A DNA stretch of 44,149 bases from the UHGV virus genome UHGV-0110190; one strand, written 5' to 3'. Below are positions 25,321 through 34,051 of the stretch, one piece after another. Source of the stretch: a virus. The stretch's first letter is position 1, and every line of letters starts with the position of its first letter. The notes under the pieces were generated by a model, which saw only the letters and a list, made by a program, of their open reading frames with translations, had not been told where the DNA came from and made no database searches. The position numbers and the translations under genes are program-made.

Positions 25321-25456
25321 GAGCGTTGAAGAGAAGTACGGCAAGGGCGTTGGTTTTGAACGTATCCGCCGAATTACAGGCTACCTTGTGGGCTCTACAG
25401 ACCGATGGAACGATGCAAAGCGGGCGGAGCTGAAAGACCGCGTTAAGCATACTTAA
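25313..25456 (+). CDS. nrdD: Stand-alone NrdD glycyl-radical peptide (47 aa), not in the ORF track
   Basis: GGAGG SD at 25302-25306; MSKSVEEKYGKGVGFERIRRITGYLVGSTDRWNDAKRAELKDRVKHT* matches the NrdD C-terminal RITGYL motif. Confidence 0.92.
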   Translation: MSKSVEEKYGKGVGFERIRRITGYLVGSTDRWNDAKRAELKDRVKHT

Positions 25457-25459
25457 AAT

Positions 25460-25492
25460 AAAAAAAGACCCCGTTATGGGGTCTTTTTTTTT
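25460..25492. terminator. Bidirectional intrinsic terminator
   Basis: AAAAAAAGACCCC-GTTAT-GGGGTCTTTTTTTTT between convergent genes. Confidence 0.9.
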
Positions 25493-25751
25493 ATACGTCA
25501 AGTTCGTCAAGGTAATAGCCTCGATAATGCTCACCGTATTCCATGAGCTTTACGATTGCGTTCCCGATTTCCTGATCGCATTCGAGATATGCGCGCCAGC
25601 ATGCGCGGCAATCGCAATCAGGGCATTCGCGTCCTTCGTACATGGTGCTGTTATAATCGAATGGAGGCGGGCAGATAAGCGCCGCATCGTAAACAAGATC
25701 AAGCAGGTGACCGAGACGTTCGTCATCGATCATTTGTACTTTATTGGACAT
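25491..25751 (-). CDS. Small Cys-rich (putative Zn-binding) protein, the lone antisense gene of the right arm
   Basis: AAGGAG SD; MSNKVQ...ICPP...ECPDCDCRACWRAYL; has its own promoter and terminator. Confidence 0.7.
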   Translation of the reverse strand: MSNKVQMIDDERLGHLLDLVYDAALICPPPFDYNSTMYEGRECPDCDCRACWRAYLECDQEIGNAIVKLMEYGEHYRGYYLDELDV

Positions 25752-25768
25752 AGTTCTCCTTTCTTCAC

Positions 25769-25797
25769 TTGACATTTTACCATAAACAAAGTATAAT
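25769..25797 (+). promoter_or_regulatory. Perfect consensus promoter for the lysis/packaging operon
   Basis: TTGACA (25769-25774)-17 bp-TATAAT (25792-25797). Confidence 0.88.
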
Positions 25798-25802
25798 AGC
25801 AA
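25774..25802 (-). promoter_or_regulatory. Overlapping divergent promoter for the Cys-rich gene
   Basis: Minus strand TTGCTA (25802-25797)-17 bp-TAAAAT (25779-25774), with TG extended -10. Confidence 0.7.
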
Positions 25803-25841
25803 TAAGTTTCTGAAAAATCAATATCGAAAAGGAGATATTGC

Positions 25842-26129
25842 ATGGTTGCTGAAGCGGAACTCCTCGCCTTTGAGGGCGAGATTAAGATCATGGACGCTAT
25901 GAAGATGAGCTATAGCGTCAACGGGACGATGGCTTACGGAGAGTCTTACAAGCTGGAATACGAAAGCCCCGAGCGCAAGGCCGCTCTTGCCGAGGCTGGC
26001 GACGATCCCATGGCCGACGTTCCTCCGGCGTTTCTGATCAGCGCGTCGTTTGATACGTCTGACGGTGGCCCGACGATGCTCACCCCGAACAAGACGTACA
26101 AGCTGACGCTTACCGAGATTACGGAGTAA
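25842..26129 (+). CDS. Hypothetical protein, first gene of the late operon
   Basis: AAGGAG SD; 95 aa. Confidence 0.7.
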   Translation: MVAEAELLAFEGEIKIMDAMKMSYSVNGTMAYGESYKLEYESPERKAALAEAGDDPMADVPPAFLISASFDTSDGGPTMLTPNKTYKLTLTEITE

Positions 26130-26131
26130 AT

Positions 26132-26383
26132 ATGAACTGGATTCTGCGATTCAAGAACAAGACAACCCTCGTTGCTCTCATCGCTGCGGTGGTCGCATTC
26201 GTCTATCAAGGTTTTGCTCTGTTCGGGTTCGTTCCTGCTATTTCGTCCGAGGCGATTATCGAGTGGGCCGGTCTCGCGGTCAACATCCTCGTGATTCTCG
26301 GCATCGTGGTCGATCCCACGACGAACGGCGTTAAGGATAGTAATCAGGCGATGAATTACGAGGAGCCTCGAAAAGACGCATAG
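26132..26383 (+). CDS. Holin (phiLC3 family)
   Basis: NWxLRFKNK start, two TM helices, VVDPTTxGVxDSxQAMxYxEP end. Confidence 0.9.
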   Translation: MNWILRFKNKTTLVALIAAVVAFVYQGFALFGFVPAISSEAIIEWAGLAVNILVILGIVVDPTTNGVKDSNQAMNYEEPRKDA

Positions 26384-26394
26384 GAAGGAGCGAT

Positions 26395-26559
26395 ATGGCA
26401 GACAATACCCCTATGCAAGATGCTGAGCTGAAAATCATCCGCGAAACGGATAACTCGGCTCGTGAAGCGGACGGCGTTCAGCCGCCCCAAGACAACAAGC
26501 CGCTCGAACTGAGCGTGGACGGCAAGCCTGTCGATGTTAAGTTCGGAGGCGATGCTTAA
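26395..26559 (+). CDS. 54-aa acidic protein between holin and endolysin, not in the ORF track
   Basis: GAAGGAG SD; MADNTPMQDAELK...VKFGGDA*; TAATG overlap with the endolysin start. Confidence 0.7.
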   Translation: MADNTPMQDAELKIIRETDNSAREADGVQPPQDNKPLELSVDGKPVDVKFGGDA

Positions 26560-27494
26560 TGGCTACGCCTCAACAGGTCATCGAAGTCGCTGCATCCCAG
26601 ATCGGTATCAGCGGCACCAACAACAAGTTCAACCAATGGTACTGGGGGCATCCCTGCTACGATGCTGGAGTTTATCCCTGGTGCGCTGCGTTCCAGTCCT
26701 GGGTCGCAGATCAGGTAGGCGGGCTTGGGTACAGTTACTCGGCCAGCGTGTCGGGTATCTGCAACCAGCTCGTGCGCGTGGCCGACGAGGATGCTCGTCC
26801 CGGAGACTACGTGATGTTCAACTGGGACGGTCGTTCCGACACCGGTTGGGCCGATCACATCGGTCTGATCGAATGGAGCGACATTGCCGGCTCCGGTTAC
26901 TTCGGCACCATCGAGGGCAACACCGACGGAGCTGCTGGCGGCCTGTGCGCTCGTCGCATCCGCTACAACTACACCAGCTACTTCACGGCGTTCTACCGCC
27001 CTGTGTACGACGGTGTTCCGGCACCTACGCCGAATCCTTCGCTTCCCACTCTGGACATGCCTCAGATCAAGTACCGCGTGTACGCTGACGGAGGCTGGCT
27101 TCCGGAAATGATCGACCGTCATGACACCGGCGGTTCGTCCGACACTTATGCTGGTAACGGCAAGCCTATCCAATACCTGGCTATGGATTTCCCTGGTTGG
27201 TACCAGGTTCGCACCAAGGCCAACGGTTGGCTCCCCCGTGTCTATCGATACGACGTTAACGACCTTGAAAACGGCTGTGCCGGTGACGGGTCTGATATCA
27301 CAGGAGTTCGGTGCTATTACGATACCCCCGATCCGAACAAGACCGGTTGGATTCGAATCCGGTACGCCGTGGCGAACGTCGGCGGTGATTTCTTCGCTGA
27401 AATGGAAGATGACATTCAAGACGCATACGGCGACGATTACGCCGGTAACGGCGGGGTCATCAGCGCGTTCTACGCGTATCCTGTAAGGGTTTAA
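26559..27494 (+). CDS. Endolysin: CHAP domain, Pro linker, C-terminal cell-wall-binding repeats
   Basis: PWCAAF, HIGLI and TIEGNT (CHAP); PAPTPNP linker; GWLP...(Y/C)AG repeats. Confidence 0.9.
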   Translation: MATPQQVIEVAASQIGISGTNNKFNQWYWGHPCYDAGVYPWCAAFQSWVADQVGGLGYSYSASVSGICNQLVRVADEDARPGDYVMFNWDGRSDTGWADHIGLIEWSDIAGSGYFGTIEGNTDGAAGGLCARRIRYNYTSYFTAFYRPVYDGVPAPTPNPSLPTLDMPQIKYRVYADGGWLPEMIDRHDTGGSSDTYAGNGKPIQYLAMDFPGWYQVRTKANGWLPRVYRYDVNDLENGCAGDGSDITGVRCYYDTPDPNKTGWIRIRYAVANVGGDFFAEMEDDIQDAYGDDYAGNGGVISAFYAYPVRV

Positions 27495-27495
27495 C

Positions 27496-29187
27496 ATGAA
27501 CGACCAGCTGAAAAGCCAAATCGACATTTTGCAGAAAAGTATCTCGCTCTCTGAGGGTCACTATGATAAACTAGTGATGTTGGATGCGCTGCGGTCGGCT
27601 TGGCTGTTGGCTGGGGATAATGCGAACGCAGAGATCGTCGCCTGTGACTTTAACGAGCAGGCGACGATTTTCTTGCGTGAGCAGGGTGCTACGCTAGAGC
27701 AGAAGGAAGACGTTCTTCAAAAGATGTTCGACGCGTATGTCACGCTTGCGCCCAATGACTTTCATTCGTTTCTCATGGCGCTTGAATGGGAACGCGACCC
27801 GTCCGAGCGTTTCTACCAACCGCGACTGTCAATACTCAGACCTATCACTGATGACATGTCTGATATGATCGTCAAGGACAAATACGATATGATGATGCTT
27901 TCCATGCCGCCAGGTACAGGAAAGTCTACATTGGGTCTGTTCTACTTGATGTGGGTGATCGGGCGCGAGCCTGACAAATGTAACCTTGCTGTCGGCTATT
28001 CAACGCCTATGGCCAAATCGTTTTTCAGTCGTGTAGGCTCTATTGATGAAAGTCTCGATTACACATATCATAAGATTTTCCCCAAGCTGACTAGAATATA
28101 CACTTCTGCCAAGGAATTGGAATACGATTTTTCCAACAACCAGGCAGACGTTAAAAAGCCGTTCTCTTCTCTCACCTGTGCGTCCGTAGGAGGCTCTCTG
28201 ACGGGTCGTACCCGTTGCGAGCGACTACTTTACTGCGATGACTTAGTTGAGGGCGCAGAAACGGCCATGTCGCCTCTGCGGCTTGAAAAACTGTGGGAGC
28301 TGTACAACTCCAATGCTCGTTCCCGTAAAAAGGACGGATGCAAGGAGCTGCACATCGGAACGCGTTGGTCGCTCAACGATCCTATCGGAAAGCTGACGGC
28401 GATCTACGGCGAGAAGTCTCGTTGCAAGATCATATCGCTTCCTGCTCTCGATGAGAACGACGAATCGAATTTCGACTACGGATACGGCGTAGGATTTTCC
28501 ACGGCGATGTACCACGACCTGCGTTTGACGCAGAACACCATCGCTTGGAACGCGCTGTACATGCAGCGTCCTATCGAGGCCGAAGGGCTTCTGTTCCCTG
28601 TGGACACGCTGCGTCGATACTCGATTGACGATATTGATCTGCACCACAATGCGCCTGATGACATATTCGCTTTCTGCGACGTTGCGTTCGGCGGTTCAGA
28701 CTACCTGTCCATGCCTATCATGGCACAATGGGGAACCGACCCGCCGCTTGTGCTGGATGTTGTGTTCATGCGAGGTTCGTATGAGCGCACGCAACCAGCG
28801 GTTGTAGGCAAGATCGCACAATGGGGAGTTATGCGAGCTGTGTTCGAAGCGAACAACGGCGGCGACTTTTACGCCGAGGACATTAAGCGTATCTGCAAAG
28901 ACCAAGGAATTCCTTGTTACGTAACCACGCAGCGAGCTGGAACCAGGGTTTCCAAGGAAGCCCGTATCATCCAACACTCACCAGCCATCAAGACTTTCGG
29001 ATTCAGGAAGTCAGATGACTATCCTACCGACGGCATGTACCGAGACTTCATACAGAACCTCATAACATATTCTGCCGAAGGTAGCAACGAGCACGATGAC
29101 GCACCTGATAGTTGCGCTGGTGTGGCCTCGATCATGAGGACGAATACCCGGGCCAAGATCAGGGTTATCGCTCGTCGATTTTTATAA
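27496..29187 (+). CDS. terL: Terminase large subunit
   Basis: MPPGTGKS (Walker A), LYCDD (Walker B), GTRW, and nuclease motifs CDVA, FEAN and HDDAPDS. Confidence 0.93.
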   Translation: MNDQLKSQIDILQKSISLSEGHYDKLVMLDALRSAWLLAGDNANAEIVACDFNEQATIFLREQGATLEQKEDVLQKMFDAYVTLAPNDFHSFLMALEWERDPSERFYQPRLSILRPITDDMSDMIVKDKYDMMMLSMPPGTGKSTLGLFYLMWVIGREPDKCNLAVGYSTPMAKSFFSRVGSIDESLDYTYHKIFPKLTRIYTSAKELEYDFSNNQADVKKPFSSLTCASVGGSLTGRTRCERLLYCDDLVEGAETAMSPLRLEKLWELYNSNARSRKKDGCKELHIGTRWSLNDPIGKLTAIYGEKSRCKIISLPALDENDESNFDYGYGVGFSTAMYHDLRLTQNTIAWNALYMQRPIEAEGLLFPVDTLRRYSIDDIDLHHNAPDDIFAFCDVAFGGSDYLSMPIMAQWGTDPPLVLDVVFMRGSYERTQPAVVGKIAQWGVMRAVFEANNGGDFYAEDIKRICKDQGIPCYVTTQRAGTRVSKEARIIQHSPAIKTFGFRKSDDYPTDGMYRDFIQNLITYSAEGSNEHDDAPDSCAGVASIMRTNTRAKIRVIARRFL

Positions 29188-29197
29188 GGAGATTGGT

Positions 29198-29983
29198 TTG
29201 ACTATCAAGCCGTTTGTGCTTCAATACCCTGAACTGACTACCATGGAAGTGATGTGCGTAGGTGACTTTCACATCGGGGATGCTAACCACGCTCCCAAAG
29301 TCCTATCTGATATTGTGGATTGGGCTTCTGGCGCTGCAAACCGTTTCATTACTATTGACGGCGACATTTTCAATGCTGCCTTGACTTCCAGCATCAGCGA
29401 TGTATACTCAGAAGAGTTCACGCTTGACGAATGCGTGGAGCTGTTCGCTAAGTTCATTGATGACATTACCCCGGAGAAGATTCTGGTATGCATCGACGGC
29501 AACCACGATCAGCGAGTGTGGAAGTCGGTGGGCATCGACCCTGTGAAATACGTCTGCCAGAGCAAGGGAGTGAGGTATTCCAGCGGAGAGGCGTACGTCA
29601 CGGTGAAGCTCGGTTGCTGGGACAAGTCGAAGCCTGTCGACAAGCGTCCTATGATCAACTACACCATCTACGTTACGCACGGTGTCGGCGGTGGACGAAG
29701 CGCCGGTGGCAAGGTCAACAGTCTCATGCGTTTGAGCGAGATCGTGGTCGCTGACATTTACATCCAAGGGCACCAGCATGACCCGGTTATCAAGCCGAAG
29801 GTCATCAACGAATGGAACTCCAAGTGCAATGGAATCATCGAACGAGAGCAGATGTTCGTCGTTACCGGTTCCTGCCTTGAACGTGGTGGATATGCCGTAG
29901 CCAAAGCATACCCTCCTGTCTGCACTAAATCTCCCGTGCTTACTCTGAGTGGGGAAAGCAAGCAAATTAAGGCCTCAATCTAA
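29198..29983 (+). CDS. Calcineurin-like metallophosphoesterase
   Basis: GDFH, GD, GNHD, HG and GHQH motifs; AAGGAG SD before TTG. Confidence 0.85.
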   Translation: MTIKPFVLQYPELTTMEVMCVGDFHIGDANHAPKVLSDIVDWASGAANRFITIDGDIFNAALTSSISDVYSEEFTLDECVELFAKFIDDITPEKILVCIDGNHDQRVWKSVGIDPVKYVCQSKGVRYSSGEAYVTVKLGCWDKSKPVDKRPMINYTIYVTHGVGGGRSAGGKVNSLMRLSEIVVADIYIQGHQHDPVIKPKVINEWNSKCNGIIEREQMFVVTGSCLERGGYAVAKAYPPVCTKSPVLTLSGESKQIKASI

Positions 29984-29991
29984 GGACAGAT

Positions 29992-31563
29992 ATGGCACTT
30001 CCTTTTATTCCGCAATTTAGGTTCACAGGACGGCAACGTCTGTACACCTATCTTACGCAAGAACAGCTCGACGGGCCTGACGCAGCTGAACTTCTCCGAG
30101 AGGATTTGATTCAGTGGGTGATTCCCTTCCATTTCTTCAATGCGATGGAAGAGCAGTATCTTTTCGATTACTACGCCGGTTATCACCCCAAGATTCACGA
30201 TCGCGTCAAGGAAAACCGCACTGACATTAACAACAAAATCGTGATGAACTACGCGAAATCGTTCTCACGAGACATTGTATCGTATTTTTTGGGCAAACCC
30301 ATCCAATACGTGCAACGTGATTCGAAATTCCGCGAAGATGCGGAGAGTTTGCAGTACGCTTTCGACTCCGAGAGCAAGAACCTGGTCGATTACAACATCG
30401 CCATGAACATGTCGGTGTGCGGATTGGGCTATCGCGGCATTTTCACCGAGAAAGACGCTCATAACGGGACGCACCTGTCCATTGTGAGCCTCGACCCCCG
30501 TGAATCCTTCGTCGTTTGGTCGCCGGACCGTGCAATCGGGCAGCTTTATTGCGGTACTTACTACAGTACTCCTCCGCACCCATTTACGCAAGAGTCGAAG
30601 ACGATCTACACGATCTATACACGCAACAAGAAGTACGTTTTCGAGTCTCCGGGCCTCGTTGGTGCTATGACCTATACGGATATGCAACTGATCGAGGAAA
30701 GCGACGCTAGTTTGGGCGGCAACTTCCCGATCATCGAGTACCAGAACTCCATGAACGCCATGGGCGACTGGGAGAGCGAGCTTTCCATCATGGATTCGCT
30801 CGACAAGCTCACCAGCGACTCCATGAACGACATTGAGCAGTTCGTCAACTCGATCCTGCTCGCTCAGGGCTTCGATCTTACGCCTGAGACGCTTGAAACG
30901 CTCGAACAGGAGAAGATGCTGAACATCCCGGATGTTCCTCCTGGTGTTCAGGTGGTTGTCAAGTACATCGCGGAACAGGTCGATAACGAGAACGTCGAAT
31001 CCCTCCGTGACTGGCTCGAAGCCACCATGCGAACCATCGTAGGCGTGCCCGATCGCAAGCAACGCGGTGGCGGTGGCGCAGATACCGGCGATGCCGTGTT
31101 CCTGCGCGACGGCTGGCAAGACATTGACCTCGTGGCCGGTTCGAAGGAGCAGTTCTTCATCGATGCCGACCGCAAGGCTCTCGCAACGTGCATCTACATC
31201 ATGCAAACGTTCAACGAAATCAGCAAGGAAGTCAAACCCGAGGACATTGAGATCAAGTTCTCGCGTACCAAGCAAGCCAACCTCCAAGCTAAGGCACAGG
31301 CGTACTCCACCATGGTGGGCGCATCTGCTCCCATCGCTCCCGAGGACGCTCTGGAATTTGCCGATTTGACAAATAACGTAAGTGATGTTATAATGCGTGG
31401 AGAGGAATATGCTCAGAAGAAACTAAAGGAAACTGCCGAAGCGCAGCAACTCTTTATGAACAACAAACCTCCCACTGGGCAGACTACTCAACAATCCAGC
31501 GCCAAACCGGCGCAAAATAATCCTAAACCGACTGGGGGCGCACCCAAGGGTGCTACGAACTAG
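29992..31563 (+). CDS. Portal protein (SPP1 gp6-like)
   Basis: NNKIVMNYAK..., YFLGKPIQY, PIIEYxN...GDWE patterns; position after terL. Confidence 0.9.
   Translation: MALPFIPQFRFTGRQRLYTYLTQEQLDGPDAAELLREDLIQWVIPFHFFNAMEEQYLFDYYAGYHPKIHDRVKENRTDINNKIVMNYAKSFSRDIVSYFLGKPIQYVQRDSKFREDAESLQYAFDSESKNLVDYNIAMNMSVCGLGYRGIFTEKDAHNGTHLSIVSLDPRESFVVWSPDRAIGQLYCGTYYSTPPHPFTQESKTIYTIYTRNKKYVFESPGLVGAMTYTDMQLIEESDASLGGNFPIIEYQNSMNAMGDWESELSIMDSLDKLTSDSMNDIEQFVNSILLAQGFDLTPETLETLEQEKMLNIPDVPPGVQVVVKYIAEQVDNENVESLRDWLEATMRTIVGVPDRKQRGGGGADTGDAVFLRDGWQDIDLVAGSKEQFFIDADRKALATCIYIMQTFNEISKEVKPEDIEIKFSRTKQANLQAKAQAYSTMVGASAPIAPEDALEFADLTNNVSDVIMRGEEYAQKKLKETAEAQQLFMNNKPPTGQTTQQSSAKPAQNNPKPTGGAPKGATN
31366..31394 (+). 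promoter_or_regulatory. Perfect consensus promoter inside the portal gene, upstream of scaffold and capsid genes
   Basis: TTGACA (31366-31371)-17 bp-TATAAT (31389-31394), with TG extended -10. Confidence 0.8.
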
Positions 31564-31595
31564 CAAACTTGTGAGCGAAACCAAAAGGAGCACAA

Positions 31596-32228
31596 ATGCC
31601 CGAACTCAATCTTGAGGAATTTCCCGAGGATCAGCGCTCAGCTATCCAGGCTGAGATCGACCGCCGTGTCACCTCTGCCGTGCAGACCACGACCAAGAAG
31701 GTCACGGAGCAGGTTTCCGCTGAACTCAGCGAGAAGATGCAAAAAGACTACGAAGCTAAGATGCAACAGGCCATCGCCGACGCGCAAGCTCAGGCTACGA
31801 TGACCGAGGAACAGAAGATTCAAGCTCTGTCCCAGCAGCTCGAAGAGCAGAAAAAGGCTTTCGAGCGCACTCAACTGGAAATCAAGGCGCAGTCTAAGCT
31901 GCTTGATGCCGGTTTGGACAAGAACGCTGTCGAACAGCTCGTTCCGCTTATCGTTGCAGGTGCCGATGCGGCCAGCATCGATGCCCATCTTAACACCTTC
32001 GTGGCTACGCAGCAAGCAGCCGTTGAAGCGGCCTTGCAGAAGCAGAAGGAAGCCCTGGCTTCCAATGTTACTCCTCCGGCGAGTGTGGGCGGTGCAATCA
32101 AGCCGCAAGACCCCGACGCTGTTGTCTCCAATATCCTGCAAGATCAGAACCTCGATCCTCGCTTCGCGCAAGCTAGCGGTATCCAAGTTCTCCTCGATGC
32201 GGCTATGGGGGATAATACGGGGCTTTAA
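31596..32228 (+). CDS. Capsid scaffolding protein (DUF4355-like)
   Basis: EIDRRVTSA and MTEEQK motifs, coiled coil, position before the capsid gene. Confidence 0.8.
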   Translation: MPELNLEEFPEDQRSAIQAEIDRRVTSAVQTTTKKVTEQVSAELSEKMQKDYEAKMQQAIADAQAQATMTEEQKIQALSQQLEEQKKAFERTQLEIKAQSKLLDAGLDKNAVEQLVPLIVAGADAASIDAHLNTFVATQQAAVEAALQKQKEALASNVTPPASVGGAIKPQDPDAVVSNILQDQNLDPRFAQASGIQVLLDAAMGDNTGL

Positions 32229-32253
32229 TAGTTTCGTAAAGGAGTAAGGAATA

Positions 32254-33315
32254 ATGGCAGCTACTTCTGGCATTATGATGGTCAACAGCCCGGTTAACCT
32301 TACCGGTCTGCTGTTCAACAAGACTCGCATTGAGACCCCGCTGTTCAACAGCATTCGGTCTACGATGCAAACCTCCCGTGAGTTTATCACGGGTGCGACG
32401 TTTGACACCGGTTATCCCGATCCCACTGCCCCGGCTGCTGGCATTACCGAGCAAGCGTCCCTGACGGCTCCCGCCCCGGAGTATTGGGAGCGTGAGAACG
32501 CGTTCAACGTGACGCAGATTTTCCAACGCTCCGTGCAAATTTCCTACCGTAAGCTCTCCAACGGTGCTGACCTGACCAACTACAAGACCCCGGCTGCACA
32601 ACAGCCGCCTCTGGTCGGCAACACCAACAACGTTCCCAATGAGCTTTCCTTCCAGATCGCTAACTCCCTGGACGCTATACGTATGGACATTGAGAACTGC
32701 ATCATCAACGGCAAGTTCAACGACTCCAAGGGTACGGCTACCAAAGCCGACTCCACCCGTGGTCTGCTCGAAGCCTGTGTGACGAACGACATCGCCGCTG
32801 GTGGCGAAGAGCTGAACTTTGAAATGATCTACGATACGGCGCAGCAGCTCATCAAGAACGGCACGCCGTACGGCATGGAGAACTATCTGTTCGTGCTGTC
32901 TTTCGAGCAGTACAAGCAGCTCCAAAAGGTCGTTGCAGACGAGGGCCTGAAAATCGATACAAGCGAGGCTGGCGTGAACGTGACGCGTATCATCACGCCG
33001 TTCGGCCCGATTCGCTTCCTGGGCCACCGCTTCATGCCCAACGGCACGGCTGTCATGGCTTGCATGCCTGTTCTGGGCAACGCTCTGCAACCCACGCCTG
33101 GTAAGGGCAACTTCTTCTTCGAGCCGCTGGCTAAGAACGGTGCTAGCGACCACGGCATGATCTACGGCCAATGGGGCCTCGATCACGGCCCGGAGTTCCT
33201 GCACGCGAAGATCACCGGTATCTCCACGACCACGGCTAAGTTCACGCCGCCGCAACGCTACATCGTGAACATGCCCGCTTCTGGTGGCGGCGAAACTGCC
33301 AAGGCGAGCAAGTAG
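32254..33315 (+). CDS. Major capsid protein (DUF5309/SU10-like)
   Basis: NVTQIF, NELSFQI, TRGLL, EPLAKNGA and IYGQWGLDHGPE patterns; strong codon bias. Confidence 0.9.
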   Translation: MAATSGIMMVNSPVNLTGLLFNKTRIETPLFNSIRSTMQTSREFITGATFDTGYPDPTAPAAGITEQASLTAPAPEYWERENAFNVTQIFQRSVQISYRKLSNGADLTNYKTPAAQQPPLVGNTNNVPNELSFQIANSLDAIRMDIENCIINGKFNDSKGTATKADSTRGLLEACVTNDIAAGGEELNFEMIYDTAQQLIKNGTPYGMENYLFVLSFEQYKQLQKVVADEGLKIDTSEAGVNVTRIITPFGPIRFLGHRFMPNGTAVMACMPVLGNALQPTPGKGNFFFEPLAKNGASDHGMIYGQWGLDHGPEFLHAKITGISTTTAKFTPPQRYIVNMPASGGGETAKASK

Positions 33316-33326
33316 CCTAGGTTTAA

Positions 33327-33671
33327 GTGGCATCTGAAAAGACCATAAGCGGAATGCTGTCTTGGTTGGGGATCGATGCCCCAACCGAGCAGCAGACCGT
33401 GTTGATCGGAATAGCCGCCGATGATGCAGAGTACACCATCAAGGATATTCGTCAACAAGACGATTCTGAGGACATTGAACCTAAGTATCAAGGCCTCGCA
33501 ATTGAAATGGGCGTGTATCTGTATGAAAAACGCGGCGTAGATGGTGTTACGAGCTTCACGGAGAACGGTATCAGCCGCGTCTATGAGCGCGGCACCTTTC
33601 CGAATTCAATGCTTCGACGGATTACGCCGAAGCCCTCTATCGCAGCATTCGTCAAACCACCTGTGAGTTAG
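33327..33671 (+). CDS. Head-tail adaptor (connector)
   Basis: YEKRGVDGVTSFTENGISRVY motif; position after the capsid gene. Confidence 0.8.
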   Translation: MASEKTISGMLSWLGIDAPTEQQTVLIGIAADDAEYTIKDIRQQDDSEDIEPKYQGLAIEMGVYLYEKRGVDGVTSFTENGISRVYERGTFPNSMLRRITPKPSIAAFVKPPVS

Positions 33672-33679
33672 GATAGCAT

Positions 33680-34051
33680 ATGTTCTTCGCAGATAACTTG
33701 AAGCGAACGATCTATGTCTGTCCCCGCTCGGTGAACGATGACGGTGTTAGCGTTTTCGGAGAACCAATAGAGTATCAAGTCAATTGCTACAATGTGCTCC
33801 CCACTTCGGCTAGTGCCGATTTGGTTACGGTCGGCACTAGCTATCTTGAATATATGCAGGTACTTGGCGACCCCGAGTACCTGCGTTCCATCAAAGCTCT
33901 GGACAAGGTATATGTGAACGTCGAACCGCCTACGACGGCTGATCCTCTGGCTAAGTCAGCGGATTTCTTCGTCAAAGGCGTTGTTCCGTTCCCTAACGTC
34001 ACGAGGGTTCTTCTCAAATCCCTCACGGTAGAAGAAGATTCGAATGTCTGA
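33680..34051 (+). CDS. Putative head closure protein
   Basis: Size and position in the neck module. Confidence 0.6.
   Translation: MFFADNLKRTIYVCPRSVNDDGVSVFGEPIEYQVNCYNVLPTSASADLVTVGTSYLEYMQVLGDPEYLRSIKALDKVYVNVEPPTTADPLAKSADFFVKGVVPFPNVTRVLLKSLTVEEDSNV

Noticed and set aside
30265..33384. Long antisense ORFs opposite portal, scaffold and capsid (e.g. 30265-31287, 32203-33384)
   Set aside because: Shadow frames expected from GC-rich codon bias; no SD or recognisable motifs.
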